Source of the DNA: Basidiobolus meristosporus CBS 931.73
Taxonomy: Eukaryota > Fungi > Basidiobolomycota
Assembly: GCA_002104905.1 (NCBI GenBank)
Contig: MCFE01000019.1
Location: forward strand, 62,001 to 126,000
DNA: 64,000 nucleotides
Reading direction: 5' to 3'
Shown: in pieces, positions 11,969-24,155 of the stretch
How the letters are laid out: every line of letters starts with the position of its first letter
Numbering within the stretch: position 1 is the stretch's first letter
Translations under genes and position numbers: made by a program
Notes under the pieces: generated by a model
What the model was told of the DNA's origin: nothing
What the model saw: the letters and a program-made list of their open reading frames with translations, nothing else
Database searches by the model: none

Positions 11969-13899
11969 CCAAAATGTGATATTCACTGTGTAGCCGAATC
12001 GTATACAATACTCACCGAGCGTATATGTATGAGATTTAGCACATGTTACTGGTATTTCATCTGTAAATTGGATTGAGTATCAGAGTTAGAAACGTTGAAA
12101 GATTCAATATCAATATCGATGGCTGTAGAGTTGCTCTAGTGCTGATTCCTAGTAGTATTGTGTATGTTTGTTTTCTCAACCGAAAGTGTTTCAGTTTTCA
12201 GGTTGATCACTGTGCAATCTGTTCACCCTCACTGTACATAGAGTTTCGTAAAGTTTTCTTGAAAAAGGACTCAAAATATACATCGTACGGTTAAAAGACT
12301 GATGACCATGACGAGGTATAGTCTCTGGAAAATATTGACTTGCACCTTGTAATGGTTGCGAATTCTCGTTTTTAATACGGAGATCATTATATGCGGAACG
12401 CCCCTCCCAGAATTTTGTTTCTGCAGTATTCTTAAAACGGCTGCCTGATTCTTGAAAACCTTTACTATCTGGCTGGCGGGGTGCATCTGGACGCCACATG
12501 TGCTGATTGTACCCCACACATCCTGATGGTTACCTGGTATCAGTGAAATAGAAAAAGCATTGATAAGCCTCCATGTTGTAGGGCATTGAGGCTACAATTG
12601 AAACTAGTTGATGCTGGAAATGGAAAGCCCAGGCTGACTCATGCCCTATATTTGGTTGCTCGTCTCGCTATACTCTCAACCACTGATGTCATATATTAAG
12701 CTTCATAGTTGCTTCAGAAAGTATTGACAAATATCTATATTTGCTAAAACTGTTGTAGGAAAGGTGGTCAGTTGACATGTCTACTGGCTGTGAGCCCTAT
12801 TTCCAGGGAAACTCCGAGTTGTACTCATCGCCGAACCTTCAAATCGACCTCGTACCAAATGTGAAATCCATTTTTGCACATCAACTTGCTTCCAACCTAT
12901 ATGTTCACAGTGGTTATGACTACCCATCCGAGGTAGGAAGGAGCACTGAAGAATTGATATCCATCGCTCAAGAATTTACACCTTGTGCAGTGGGAAAATT
13001 CAATGGTAGTATTTGTGAGATGTACTTCCAAGTCAGGTACGCTTGATGTAAATCGCAACGGATACTGATAACGTTAGTGAAATGCATGGTGTACATATAT
13101 GACAAGTGGCGAAAAGTCCAAAGCGCACAAACTCGAAATAAAGGATGCAGCACGACATGCAAATATGGTGGTGTATCAACACCTTGAAGCTCATTACTAG
13201 GAGGTACAAGATGCTTTTGGAAGTCGCATTTGCCTATGGATTCTACAATCAGCAGGTGTTAGTGATATTATCCACATGTTCTATCAATGTCATCAAGTAC
13301 GGAGGTGTGACCATGTAAATTGATGCCTCACTCCGCCATGTCTAAGCTATCATTGGCCTTCCGATCTAAGCATTGTTACCTGTCTCTACGACAGCAAGTA
13401 CAATAAAGCCTCTAGACCCTTTGTGTCAGCTTCAACACATATTTGGCTGCTCCAATCCTAAACCAAAATAATTTCCATTTCAAACCTCATGTCTCTGGTA
13501 ATAGTAGTTGCAAACAAGGCAGTGGCATTCAATAGTTCAACTTGAGACTGTCAAGATTTCTGTTACTCCAAATCCTTGTACTTAGTCCAATAATCTATAT
13601 GGCATAGGTGCTCCATACTAAGATATCAGGAGCTTAAATAAGATAGAAATCTCAGCACTGTTGTTGTATTTCAAAAACTGTATGGTGTTCCTCTGCTGCT
13701 ACCTTGGGAAACAACTCAACTCTGGTCTGCAGCATTCAGCTACCTGAGCTCCTTCTTTGCATCCTAGATACTGCATTTTCTATCTGGGAAATTGATTGCA
13801 CTTCATGTATTATCCACTAATCTAGTCTATGGACTATTTCTTGATCTCTCTGGGCTATAAAGTACTTTATGTAGGTATTACTTTAGGGCTAATATTTAG

Positions 13900-15200
13900 A
13901 TATAGTGCCATCAAGTACCAGTGGTACCATATGAAAATAACTTGGTCCTACAGGTGGATCCAACCCAAATCACCCATCAGAATCCCACAATGAGTGTGCC
14001 ATAATGCCAGCAGCTTTGAATTATTGGCCCTCCACATGATCCTATGACAGGATTTTGACAGTGGTTTGCTGCTTTTACTGCCAAATAAAGTAAAACCTTG
14101 ATGGTCTTTAGCAGTCTTCAAACCAGAATTGCATGGCAAACCAACAGTCTTAATGCGCTCAACATTTATTTGAGCAGACCTTACCAACAAATACATCTAC
14201 CTGCCTTACATTACAAGAAACTTGATGGTGCTCTGATGGCCTCATTGCAAACCTTTGTTGGCATTATATTGGCAGTACAATGGCCTGAGCTAGTTCTGTA
14301 TAATGCTACCATACTAATTTACCAAACAATTTTTTTTACCTCCCCTTGCACCACTCACACATTCCATTATGGAATACCTATCTTTATCTGCTTACCTACT
14401 ACCACCTTGGGTATTACACATATAGCTTGAATGAAAAAATGTATGGCCTCCTGCTTACTAACCTCTACATACATGCACACCCACTGCAAATGATACACTA
14501 CTATTACCTTAGCTTTACAGCTTCTTTGTATGATACTTGCTAAGTTGCCATTTACCTTGTATTTAAGGTAGCATATACATCTTGGAAATATATGCTTGGT
14601 TGCTGCAACTTTTGCCATGAATACCGCCTGAATATCTGCAACCTACTTCTTGATATTTAGCCTATATATTACTTCTCCCTGCTGGATTCTAGTCCCCATT
14701 GTAGGGGCACACTGGCTCTAGTTTGTGCAAATTACATATTGAGTTATGTAGAAACTGGCTTGTGACCAAGAGAAACCTGGCATGGATTGGTAAACTTGTC
14801 CTAATACAATTAGTTGCTTGTTGCAACCAACCCAATTTTGCATTGCCTAACTATTTGCACACTCATTGAGGCTGTTTATCTTCTTAATGCTAAAGGCATA
14901 GGTGTCAGTGGAAAGCTTTTGCTCCAACAGATACCCTCTATCTTGAGTACCTCTGGTTTCTGATCAATTCTATATTCTGGCTGATGGCTTATAGCTTGCC
15001 AAATTTACTGCAATTGCATGCTGACTTCTGTATAATCTCTCAGTGGGAAATTGATGTTCCTGGCATAGGTATTCTAATAATAATGTGTGTGAATTATGGA
15101 GTAATTCCCTGGATCTCAAACATTTGACAGCATTACTATCAATTGTACCCAGAAAAGCCAGCTATCTTGCTAATAGCTGGGGAGGTTATGATCTACTGCC
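13900..15200 (-). mobile_element. Decayed CACTA/EnSpm-type transposase region (copy C0)
   Basis: Reverse-complement homology by eye to 36150-37560 and 50250-51000, including the GFSGHN..C..C segment (15100-15180). Many stops, CpG-poor. Boundaries approximate. Confidence 0.65.
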
Positions 15201-15698
15201 TGAATATTTAAGTTAGATCAGCTTTTAGTCAAATAATTTACTTTTGGGCTTAGCCTATCAGTATATTAGTGATATGTATCAAATCAGTAGTATTAGGCAG
15301 CAGATGAAGCAGAAGATCCTTATCATATAGAAGTAGTTATATGGAGAAAGATCTAATTGGGTGATGATGCTGCAATGAAATGAGTTATCAGCCACAACCC
15401 ACAGTAGGAAATGTTGTAAAAATTCATAATTCCACCTAAATACTCACCTTAGTCACTTAGAATACTTTCACCAAAATACCAGGTATCCAGAACATGAGAA
15501 TTCTCAAAGTGGTCCAAACAGCCCCAAGCATTGCACACATGTTCTTGAGACCTTTCTTGACCTATGCTATGTGTCTCTTATGCCAAGACCATATAAAAGC
15601 CTCAATATTACTTTTACATTCAAAAAATCATCAAGTGAAAACCACATAATCTACTTGTTCTCCCAATCACTCCCAATATCTCCAAGACTCTTACAGAA

Positions 15699-15710
15699 GG
15701 TTATGAGCCC
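15699..15710 (+). other. Primer-binding site GGTTATGAGCCC (anticodon arm of initiator Met-tRNA, Ty5/copia type)
   Basis: Immediately follows the A1 5' LTR. It is the reverse complement of GGGCUCAUAACC, the anticodon arm of yeast tRNA-iMet. Confidence 0.85.
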
Positions 15711-18700
15711 CAAGATGTTGCTTTCCACAATGGCTACTACTGCTAATACTGAAATTCTTCCATCTGCTGAAAAGTTGGATGGATTTAACTACCATGTGTG
15801 GCAGGTGAAGATGAAGATGCTGCAACAAGAAAGAGGCCTTTGGGATATTGTCATGGGAGAAGAATGCCCTCCTAAAAATATGGGAGTGGAAGCCTTAAAG
15901 TACCAGAAGAAAGAACAAAGTGCCTTTAACTACATTTGCTTTAATGTCAAAGACAAATTGTTAATTAAATGCTTCAGAGCAAAAATGGCAATGAATGCCT
16001 GGAAGGCATTAGAAGACACCTACCAGTCATGCTCAGCTGCTAAGAAAATGTATCTTAGAAGAAAACTCTCTTCTACAAAGATGCTGCCAGGAGAAGAAAT
16101 GAGAAATCTAACAAATTGAATTACCCTGCCGGTGGATGAGATGGAATCTGTGGACATACCAACTACTGATGAGGATGTAATAGTTACCATCCTGAATAGC
16201 CTGACAGACATGTTTCAGGGCCTTATATCAGCCCTAGAGTTCAGAACTGATGATTTGACCTTAAATTACATATATGGAAGGCTCCTGGATGAAGAATTAA
16301 GAAAATCAAGCGCAAATAAGAAGGAAGAAGAAATGCTTTAATAAGCAATCATAACTAACAAAGAAGATACCAAAGACCTTTGAAAGGCAATACCCACCTG
16401 TTTTGCAACTACTGCAAAAGGAAAGGACATATATCAGACCCATGTCTCAAAAAGGGAAATAATCTGCAAAAGAAGCTTGAATATGGAAACACTGCAACAA
16501 CCAGAGATGGACTATTCATATCTGCTCTAAATGTGACCACAAGCAAGAATTCTCAGATGTGGTACATTGGCACTAAAGCATCTCAGCACTTTACACACCA
16601 AAAAGAACTTTTTACCAAATATCGAGAAATTCTAATCAAAAAGGTTTTCATGGGTTACAGTACAACACTTGATGCAGTGGGAGAAGGAAATATCTAAGAA
16701 GACCTTAGAAACAGTGAAGGAAGCCATACACTGACCTTTTCAGAAGTACTCTATGTACCAGAAATAGCCAAGAATCCACTTTCTGTAAGCAAGACCACTG
16801 CAGAAGGACTCAACTTCAGCTTTGACAATTCTGGATGCAGGATCACTGATCAAAATGGTGCCCATACTGCTTTGGGTGTCAGAGATCAAAATCTTTACAA
16901 GCTGCCTTATATTCCATCATATATGGAAGCCAATATAAGTACCTTAAATGAAGACACACCAATGCTTTGGCACAGGAGATTTGAACACATCAATTTGATT
17001 ACTTACACCAAATGACCAAAGATCAGCTAATTTCTGTAGTAAATACTGATCCCCCAGCTAATTTGGAGCACTATGAAGCCTGTATATATGGGAAACAAGC
17101 CATAAAACAGTTCAAGAGCTCTGGGTTAATCAAAACTAAGAAAAAATTAGATCTAATTCACTCATATCTGTGTGGACCTATGTAAAACTTTTCCTCAGGT
17201 GTGGTGAAGTATTTATCACCTTTACTGATGATTATACAGAATATACATGGGTCTACTTCTTGGAGAAAAAGGAAGAAGCTCTGTCTAAGTTCAGGGAGCT
17301 TAAGGCAATGGTGGAGAGAGAAACTGGTGAAAAAATCAAGAACATATGCTGTGATAATGACGGAGAACATACCTCAAAACTCTTCATCCACTTCTGCAAA
17401 ATTCATGGGATAAAGCAAGAGACTACTATACCATACTCCCCACAGCAAAATGAAGTAGCAGAATGTGCAAACAGATTGATCACTGATATGGAAAGATCAA
17501 TGATCCATGATCAAAAATTATCCTATGATTTTTGGGCAGAATCAGTTGCCACAGCTGTATACTTTAAAAATAGGAGCTACAACAGAATAATTTGTGATTC
17601 TACTCCATTTGAATCATGGTATAGATACAGGCCAAGTGCAGAACATCTAAGAATATTTAGGTGTACAGCATATGCCAAGAAACTGCCCAGAAATCAGTCA
17701 AAATTTGAGCCAAAAAGTGTAAAATGCATATTTTTGGGGCACTGTAATGAGAGTAAAGCATACAGACTCTACAATGCCAAATCAACAAAGCTAATCTAGT
17801 CCAGAGAGGTGCTGTTTAATGAGAATTCAAAATTTTCACAAAAAATGACATCAGATGATTACTCAAATCTGAACTCAAGTCCACCAATTGACCGGATTGA
17901 ATCAGAGCAAAACAATGAGAGTTTTTTCACTCCAGAGGACTCTACATCTGTGATTCAGCATGAAATGGTGCCAAGAAGTATTCCAGATGTGAGCATTCCA
18001 GTATTAAATGCACTGAGACCCAACTGGACAAGAAATAGCCCAAATCACTATATCAATAAGGGTACAAATTTAGCCTATGCCTTTTCAGTCTATATTGATG
18101 AGCCCCAGACAGTTAAAGAGACCCTAAATAGCCCTCAGACAAAGTTTTGGAGATCAGCAATGACTGAGGAATATCAGGCACTGATGGAAAATCAAACTTG
18201 GGACTTAGTCAAATTACCAATCAACCTGATATCAATTGGATGCAGATGGGTTATTAAGACAAAACACAAAGCTGATGGTACAAATGAAAGATACAACACA
18301 AGACTTGTGGTCAATGGATACTTGCAAACAAAAGGACTTGACTATACCGAGACCTTTGCACTGGTAGCCAAGTGCAATTCCATGAGATTGGTCTTGGCTA
18401 CTGCAGCCAAATATAAGTTTTTTATACATCAAATGGATGTAAAAGCTGCATTTTTGAATGGAGAACTTAATGAGGACATCTATATGGACCAGCCTGATGA
18501 ATTTGTTGACCAAGATAGCTGCCATTTGGTTGGCAGCTTAAAAAATATCTATATAGTCTCAAAAAATTGTCAAGAGCCTGGAAATGCAAGATAGATTCTT
18601 ATTTGGAATCTTTGAGTTTGAAAAGGAGTGATGCTGACTATAGTGTATACTATAAGCCACATAGAGCAAGTCCAGCTCTATTAGCTTTATATATGGAAGA

Positions 18701-18712
18701 TCTTATTATAGC

Positions 18713-19057
18713 TGTTGTAAAAGTTTGTAATTCTACATAAATATTCACCTAAGTCACTTATATCATCACCTTCAAATCCTGGAGAACACTGACCAAATTT
18801 CTTGTTGGGATTTAATTGGAATATTTTCACAAAAATACCAGGTACCCAGAACATGAAAATTCTCAAAGTTGTCTAAATAGCCCCAAACCTTGCACACATG
18901 TTCTCAAGATCTTCCTTAACCTATTCTGCTTGTTTGTAATGCCAAGACCATGTAAAAGTATAAATACTACTTTTACATTCAATAAACCATTAAGTGAAAA
19001 CCATATAATCCTCTTGTCCTCCTAATCACTTCCAATATCTCCAAGACTCTTACAACA
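18713..19057 (+). repeat. Solo LTR of copia family A (345 bp) inside the RT of A1; TSD ATAGC
   Basis: TGTTGTA...TACAACA. ATAGC at 18708-18712 and 19058-19062. Removing it rejoins the RT segment DLIIA/ANNLA. Confidence 0.95.
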
Positions 19058-21096
19058 ATAGCTGCCAATAACCTAGCAGCATTGGAAGAGACTAAATCCA
19101 GCCTATCTAAAGAGTTCAAGATGTGTGATATAGGAGAACTCTGTTACTACTTAGGGATAAAGTTCTCCATAGACTGAAGTACCCAGACTATCACCCTAAG
19201 ACAATTCAACCATCTTCAGGATATACTAAACAAGTAACAAATGAAATACTGTAAACCGGCAGCTACCTCAATGGAGACAAAGCTTGACTTGGTCAAAGCT
19301 CAACCAAATCAGAGAGCTTGGTGCCATCTGAAAGCCCTGACTTTCTGTATCAATTTATGGTCAGCAGTTTGATGTATATCAGGCTTGGAACACATCCTCA
19401 TATTCCATATTCAGTGGGAGTTATCAGCCAGTATAACCAGGACTATGGATCTGATCATATTGCTGCAGTTAAGCAGATTTTTAGATATTTGAAAGGAACT
19501 GCTGATATCTGCTCAAGATACACTAATAACAATTCAGGACAAGATTATGGGGGATACTCTGATGCTGATTGCGGCAAAATTTAGAAGACAGAAGATCTAC
19601 CATAGGATATACCTTTCTTCAATGTCAACAAGCATATTCAAGGATTTCAAGATAGCAAGCAACCATAGCAATTTCCACCACAGAGGTAGAATATATGGCA
19701 GCCTGTGAAGCTTCAAAAGAAGCAATGTGGTAAAGAAAGCCTTTTACAGATATAGGCTTATGTCAAAAAATGCCTATTACTTTATATCAAGATAATCAAT
19801 GATATATACAAATAGGAAGAAATCCAACTTTTCATGCTAGAATTAGGCACATAGATATTGGACATCATTTCATATGTGAAGCTATAGAGAATAACTTAAT
19901 TAGCTTAGTTTACTGCCCTTCAGATGAAGACATGTTTACCAACCCTTTAGCTGGAGAAAAGTTTGAACATCCTGGGTTAAAATTAGGACTAGTCAGTATG
20001 AGCATTTAGCTGGGTAGGAGTGTTGTAAACATTTGTAATTCTGCCTAAATATTCACCTGACTTAGTCACTTAGATCATTACCATCAAATCCTAGGGAATA
20101 CTGACCAAATTCCTTGTTGGTATTTACTTAGTAACTATCACTAATATACCAGGTACCCCAAACATGAAAATTCTCAGAGTTGTCCAAACAGTCCTAAACT
20201 TTGCACACATGCTGTTGGGTCCATCCTTAGCCTATTCCATGTGTTTGTTATGGAAAGACCATGTAAAAGAATAAGTATTACCTTTACATACAATAAATCA
20301 TTAAGTGAGTACCACATAATCTACTTATTCTCCAAATCACTACCAATATTTCTACAACTCCTACAACAGGAAATACATTTAATCAGCAATTGATCTGGAA
20401 AAATATATACAAGGAGTGGCTGGAACCTCAGTAAAGATCAGTTTAAGTTTTAGTGAATACAACACTAGCTAAACTCCCTACTCCTCTACATCTCTTATAT
20501 TAAGACCTGTAACATTGGCAGTAGCAATAACCAGAAACCTTCCTCCTGTGGAGAGAAAAAGCCTCCCTGAAGATGTCAGAAAATCCATAATGGAAGAATG
20601 CTATATAGCAAATCCTGGCCCAATAGCAACAGTTACTTCAAATCCTTAGCCAGCAACAATAAGGAACAACTGCCATGGCCCATAGCCAGCAAAACCCTGT
20701 CAAGAGCAACTCCGGTATGAAGGTCAACCATTACCATGGCAGAGTCAATGAAAATCTGGGAACTTGGCTCTTCCAGAATGAAGAAGCTTTTAAGGCTAAA
20801 GGAATTGCTCCAGAAAGCAAGTTGCATTATGCAGCTACCCACTAACCAGATGCATCTTAACAGTGGTACTACAACAAGACCAGGTCAGAAACCACAAGGG
20901 GATGCTCTGCAATCTCCACCTGGAATGAGTTCATGTCAGAAATTCAGGATGATTTTAAACCCCAACACCAGCAGACACCACCAAGAAAGAAGTTGAAGGC
21001 ACTCAGACAGAAAGGAATGGTTCAAGAAAACATATATGAGTATAGATCACTACATAGAAAAGTTGAAAGAAAGGACTCCCTGGATCAAGCTTAATA

Positions 21097-21568
21097 GACT
21101 TGTTCCATTGTACCATCCCAGGGCACATGGCACAGTCCACAGTCTCTAAGAACAATTGGGTGCAATATTGTAGCTACCAGTAGGCAGGATTGCTCTTGGA
21201 CAATTTTGCACCATGTGGGACAATCTTGCACACTATGGCACAATCTGACGCAATGATGTTGGCACAAATGATTGTGCCCACTTGTAATGTTTGCATCACA
21301 TGCGCAATTGGATACCACTATTATGGTAGGTAAAATCCGGTATTAGGATATGTTTCTTAGATATAAATAGAAAAAAATGCATATCACACTATAAACTACA
21401 CTGATACTTACCATTTTGGTTACCAAAGCACTGCTTGGAGCAACATAAGTAAGGATGAGTAAAATTACCAGTAACTATATTCTACCACTGGCTTTATGGT
21501 AGAAATTATAGTGCCAGATAGTGCCAGATCAATCTGGCACTATGTGGCACTATCCAATGGAACAAGTC
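21097..21568. mobile_element. MITE-like non-autonomous DNA transposon (472 bp), 14-bp perfect TIR GACTTGTTCCATTG, 5-bp TSD TAATA
   Basis: GACTTGTTCCATTG at 21097 and CAATGGAACAAGTC ending 21568. TAATA at 21092-21096 and 21569-21573. Clustered TGGCAC/GTGCCA subterminal motifs. Removing the element and one TSD restores exact length colinearity with G2 gag. Confidence 0.9.
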
Positions 21569-23046
21569 TAATACTTTATTGATGAGCTGAAAGCAAGAAC
21601 CTGTAAGAAAGTGATTTATCAAAGACCTCAGACTATTGAAGAAGCCATCAAGATTGCCATTGACTATGACTCACTTATATTTGGATTTGGGAAGCCTACA
21701 TTGACTAACCAGAGAGGCTATAATCATTATGATAGAAGACAATCAAAAGCAGTGCCAATGGAAATAGATGCTATGCAGAAGAATCCCACCTCAGAAGAAT
21801 GTAAGAAGAAAGGACTTTGCTTTAGCTGCCACCAGCAGAGACATATTGCAAAGTATTGCCCTTGGAGAAGAAATAGACACCAGTCAACATGAACCTTCAA
21901 CCAAAGTGAAGCCCTTGAGCATAGTAGCATGGAGGATGACCTTGAAGAAGACTCAGAACCCACCCTCCATATGGCCAAAGAATACTTATCTCAAATGACC
22001 TCAAACACAGGAAAGCTAATATACATGAATGTAGTAATCAATGGAGTACCTGCTAAGATTATGTTTGATTTAGGAGCATCACATGAGTACATGTCAAAGC
22101 AATTTGCCTTGTAAGCTGAAATCACATTTGAACCCACCAAATTAACTTCAGTCTCAACAGCTGATGGGAACTCTCACATAATCAGCTGTATTACTCAGCC
22201 TGTAAGAATGAAGATCAAAGACTATGAAGAAGACCTACAGGCCTTTAGGTTTGAGAACTGCAAGTTTGAACTTGTACTTGGGAAAACATGGCCATCCTGT
22301 TGTAATCCATCAATCAACTGGAGAGCCCATGCCACCCATATCCAAAAAGACTACTAGACTATGAGCTCTTACCTGCCTGGCTGGATTTCAACTTGGCCAA
22401 TTCCAGTATACATGAAACAAGTGTACTTAGCAAGGCACAGTTCTGTAGAGCACTTAGAAAAGGTACCCAGATGTTCCACATGGTGGTATTACAGGAGAAT
22501 TCCTCTACTCCAGCACCCCAGTAGGTCCAGACTCTCTTGAAGGAATACTTAGACATATTTCCAGATGAGCTTGTAAGCCTACCACCAGTCAGATATGTGG
22601 ATCATGCCATTGACACAAAAGATAGCCCTCCAGTGAGTAAGACACCATACAGAATGGGTCCATTGGAGTTAGTAGAGATGAAGAGACATATAGATCAGTT
22701 ATTGAAGCAAGAATATATCAGACCCAGCAAGTCACCCTGGGGAGCACCAGTGCTTTTTGTGACAAAAAAGGATGGAACACCTAGGATGAGCATTGACTAC
22801 AAAGCCCTTAGCATGGTTACTGTGAAGAATAAGTACCCCATACCATGGATTGATGAGCTTTTGTACCAACTCAATGGAGCTACCATATTCAGCAAGATTG
22901 ATCTCATGCCAGGATACAACCAAATTGGGGTGAAACTAGAAAACATCCTTAAACAGCATCTATGACCTGCTATAGACATTACAAGTAGTTAGTCATGAGT
23001 TTTGGCATCACCAATGCCGCTGCAACATTCATGACCTTGATGCAAA

Positions 23047-23394
23047 TATTGAGATAATTAGGAGTCCACCTAATTTTTAATATATTATGAACCAGCACTT
23101 GGTTAAATGGCATATTTTAGAATATTAACTTAGAAATTAGTTTGTAAGATAGTTGCTAATAATTAGAAATAAGTGATGTATAGAATTTTAGGAAAATCTG
23201 AAACTTGTCCAAGTAAGCTGAAATTTAGCACATGAACACCTGAAACTTCCTTAATAGCAAGTAAACAGTTACATATACGTAGTTTTGAGAATGTATAAAT
23301 ACTATGTTGCAACTTGGTCAATCAGCAAGTGACTCCCATGCAAATCTCCTGATTCTCCATTTCACTTCCAATATATCTTTCTAATATTTCAACA
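23047..23394 (-). repeat. Solo LTR of a third family (348 bp) in the G1 RT; TSD GCAAA
   Basis: TATTGAG (decayed TG) ... TTTCAACA, with GCAAA at 23042-23046 and 23395-23399. RT reading resumes after it. Orientation is inferred from the reverse-complement start TGTTGAAATATT, which resembles the family B terminus. Confidence 0.8.
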
Positions 23395-24155
23395 GCAAAC
23401 TATCTCCCAGGAGTACTTAGACAAGTTAGTGGTAAACTACCTAGATGACATATTGATGTACAGAAAGGCAGAAGAGGACAACCTGGTGATCATTGAAAAG
23501 TCCTGAAGAAGTTAAGACAGAACAAGCAATATGGCAAGCTAGCAAAGTATAAATTCTTGAAGGACAGCTTGAATACCTGAGACACATAGTGAAAGGCACA
23601 GGAGTGACCTTAGACCTCAAGAAGGTTGAAATTATCAAGAATCTGGAGCAGCCCCATAGCATATCAGAGCTCTGATCATTCCTTGGATTGGTTGCCTATT
23701 ATTGGAGACTTGTAAAATCTTTTGCAGGTATTGCAGCCAGTTTAATTGATATCCTCAAGAAAGAGAACACTTTGAAGTAGGACATAGCCTGTAAGACTAC
23801 CTTTCAAATGCTCAAGAATGAACTTGTCAAGCTGCCAAGCTTAAGAATGCTGGACTTGAGAAAAGTGTTTACTCTGCACACAGATGCTTCAGATTATGCA
23901 ATTGGTGGAGTACTGAGCAAAGAATGTGAGGGAAAGGACAACCCATTTGCTTTTGAATCCAAGAAGCTGGACAAAGCAGAACAAAACCATCCAATGCAGG
24001 AGAAGGAGATGTAAGCCATAATACACTGCTTGAAGACCTGGAAATGCCACATTGAAGGAGTCAAGTGCACTATGAAGGCTGATCAAGCCTCACTCAAGTA
24101 TATATTTACTCAGAAGGTACTATCCAAAAGAATGACAAGATGGAGTGAATACATT

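Larger units (their letters stand above)
15412..20368 (+). mobile_element. Ty1/copia family A element A1, full-length but decayed; TSD GGAAA
   Basis: TG...CA LTRs 15412-15698 (internal deletion) and 20021-20368. GGAAA at 15407-15411 and 20369-20373. PBS GGTTATGAGCCC 15699-15710. gag (EKLDGFNYHVWQVKMK, CNYCKRKGHISDPC), integrase, RT (HQMDVKAAFLNGEL) and RNase H fragments in copia order, with multiple stops and frameshifts. Confidence 0.93.
15312..24155 (+). mobile_element. Ty3/gypsy LTR retrotransposon G1, decayed and 3'-truncated (5' LTR split by copia A1; gag, protease, RT, RNase H; no integrase)
   Basis: LTR halves at ~15312-15411 and 20369-20514 (ends TGTAACA) match the G2 LTR; PBS-like TGGCAGTAGC at 20516. 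gag ATG 20590, CCHC CFSCHQQRHIAKYC, protease [40 protein letters not shown] and YLDDILMY, RNase H LHTDASDYAIGGVLS. Left boundary approximate. Confidence 0.85.

Noticed and set aside
12476-12516. GGGGTGCA...TGTACCCC short inverted repeat near the TE border (and AGTGGCAC...GCCACT at ~8807)
   Set aside because: Short imperfect stems are expected by chance; no TSD and no second copy.
21890-21892. TGA between G1 gag and protease as a read-through or frameshift signal
   Set aside because: G2 has a sense codon (AGA) at the same position in one continuous frame, so the stop is a decay mutation.
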